A stretch of 64,000 nt of DNA, from NCBI RefSeq assembly GCF_000485595.1, contig NW_014577076.1, forward strand, positions 124,001 to 188,000. Direction: 5' to 3'. Below the pieces are notes generated by a model. The model did not search any database. It was not told the DNA's origin and saw only the letters and a list, made by a program, of their open reading frames with translations. Origin of the DNA: Priapulus caudatus. Its lineage: Eukaryota. This document shows positions 63,436 through 64,000 of this stretch, one piece after another; the first letter of the stretch is position 1; every line of letters starts with the position of its first letter. Both the position numbers and the translations under genes were made by a program.

Positions 63436-64000
63436 TTCTGCTAGCGTGTATTTCGTCGTAAATTCGAACACTATTTATACCATGTGAAAAAACCTATATC
63501 AAAAATCCGTTAACAAACATAGAATCCGTTAAAAAACATGGAATCGACAGTGATAAGCACGACCCGTATATATTTCGGTATTTAAGTAATTTCGCTGCGT
63601 TTTTCGCCGGGTTGAAAAAAATGTTTCGTCTAGCTTCGATATGAATCTCTCTGCATTCAAGGCTCCCCCTCAGGGGCTTCCTCTCTCGTCCGATAACGAC
63701 CACCTCGAATTGGAACTTCTCTACTATGGTAACTTCTCGTTCACTATCGTAAACATAATGCTCCCTCATTCACTTGTTTCACCGCTAGCTTCATGTGCGA
63801 TCCTGCCAATTTTACTTAAAAAACGCAGGTTTATGGAATTTATTTTTTTATGCAACATATAAATGTTCTTAGCGTGTTTTTAGACCTCGACATACCATGA
63901 TGTTGCTTATACTGCACGTAATTGTAACACGTCACAGTGTAAAGGAAACGAGACAAAACAGACGAGACTTAGACTAGTGTTTTCTGCTGTCACTCATGGA

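Noticed and set aside
34500..64000. Many 60-120 aa ORFs in the right half
   Set aside because: No recognisable domains, codon bias or consistent exon chain; small exons of an unknown gene cannot be excluded.

Overview
Animal (invertebrate-type) genomic DNA with spliceosomal introns and two 25-N assembly gaps (15342-15366, 25962-25986); all gene models were spliced and translated by hand. The left half (1-28.4 kb) is AT-rich and holds the last three coding exons of an integrin alpha subunit (+, with NFFKR in place of GFFKR), a complete six-exon SWEET1/SLC50A1 sugar transporter (-), and a head-to-head TPR gene resembling the Rpl4 chaperone Acl4 (+, last exon not found). Their introns are packed with nested non-autonomous DNA transposons whose target-site duplications (TSDs) run from 2 to 9 bp. 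Two of these still carry first exons of transposon genes (THAP and SAP domains), and there is a palindromic Penelope-type hammerhead-like fragment. The most unusual structure is a tandem array (13409-16471) of different-sized elements of one TAGCTCTAG-ended family, each separated by the same 9-bp sequence GTGTCACTA, suggesting repeated insertion at one site. The right half holds a very GC-rich 860-aa single-pass LRR receptor gene (-) whose only coding intron needs a GC donor, followed by about 30 kb with no recognisable CDS. Parts of 10-15 kb and 25-28 kb look like error-prone long-read gap fill.
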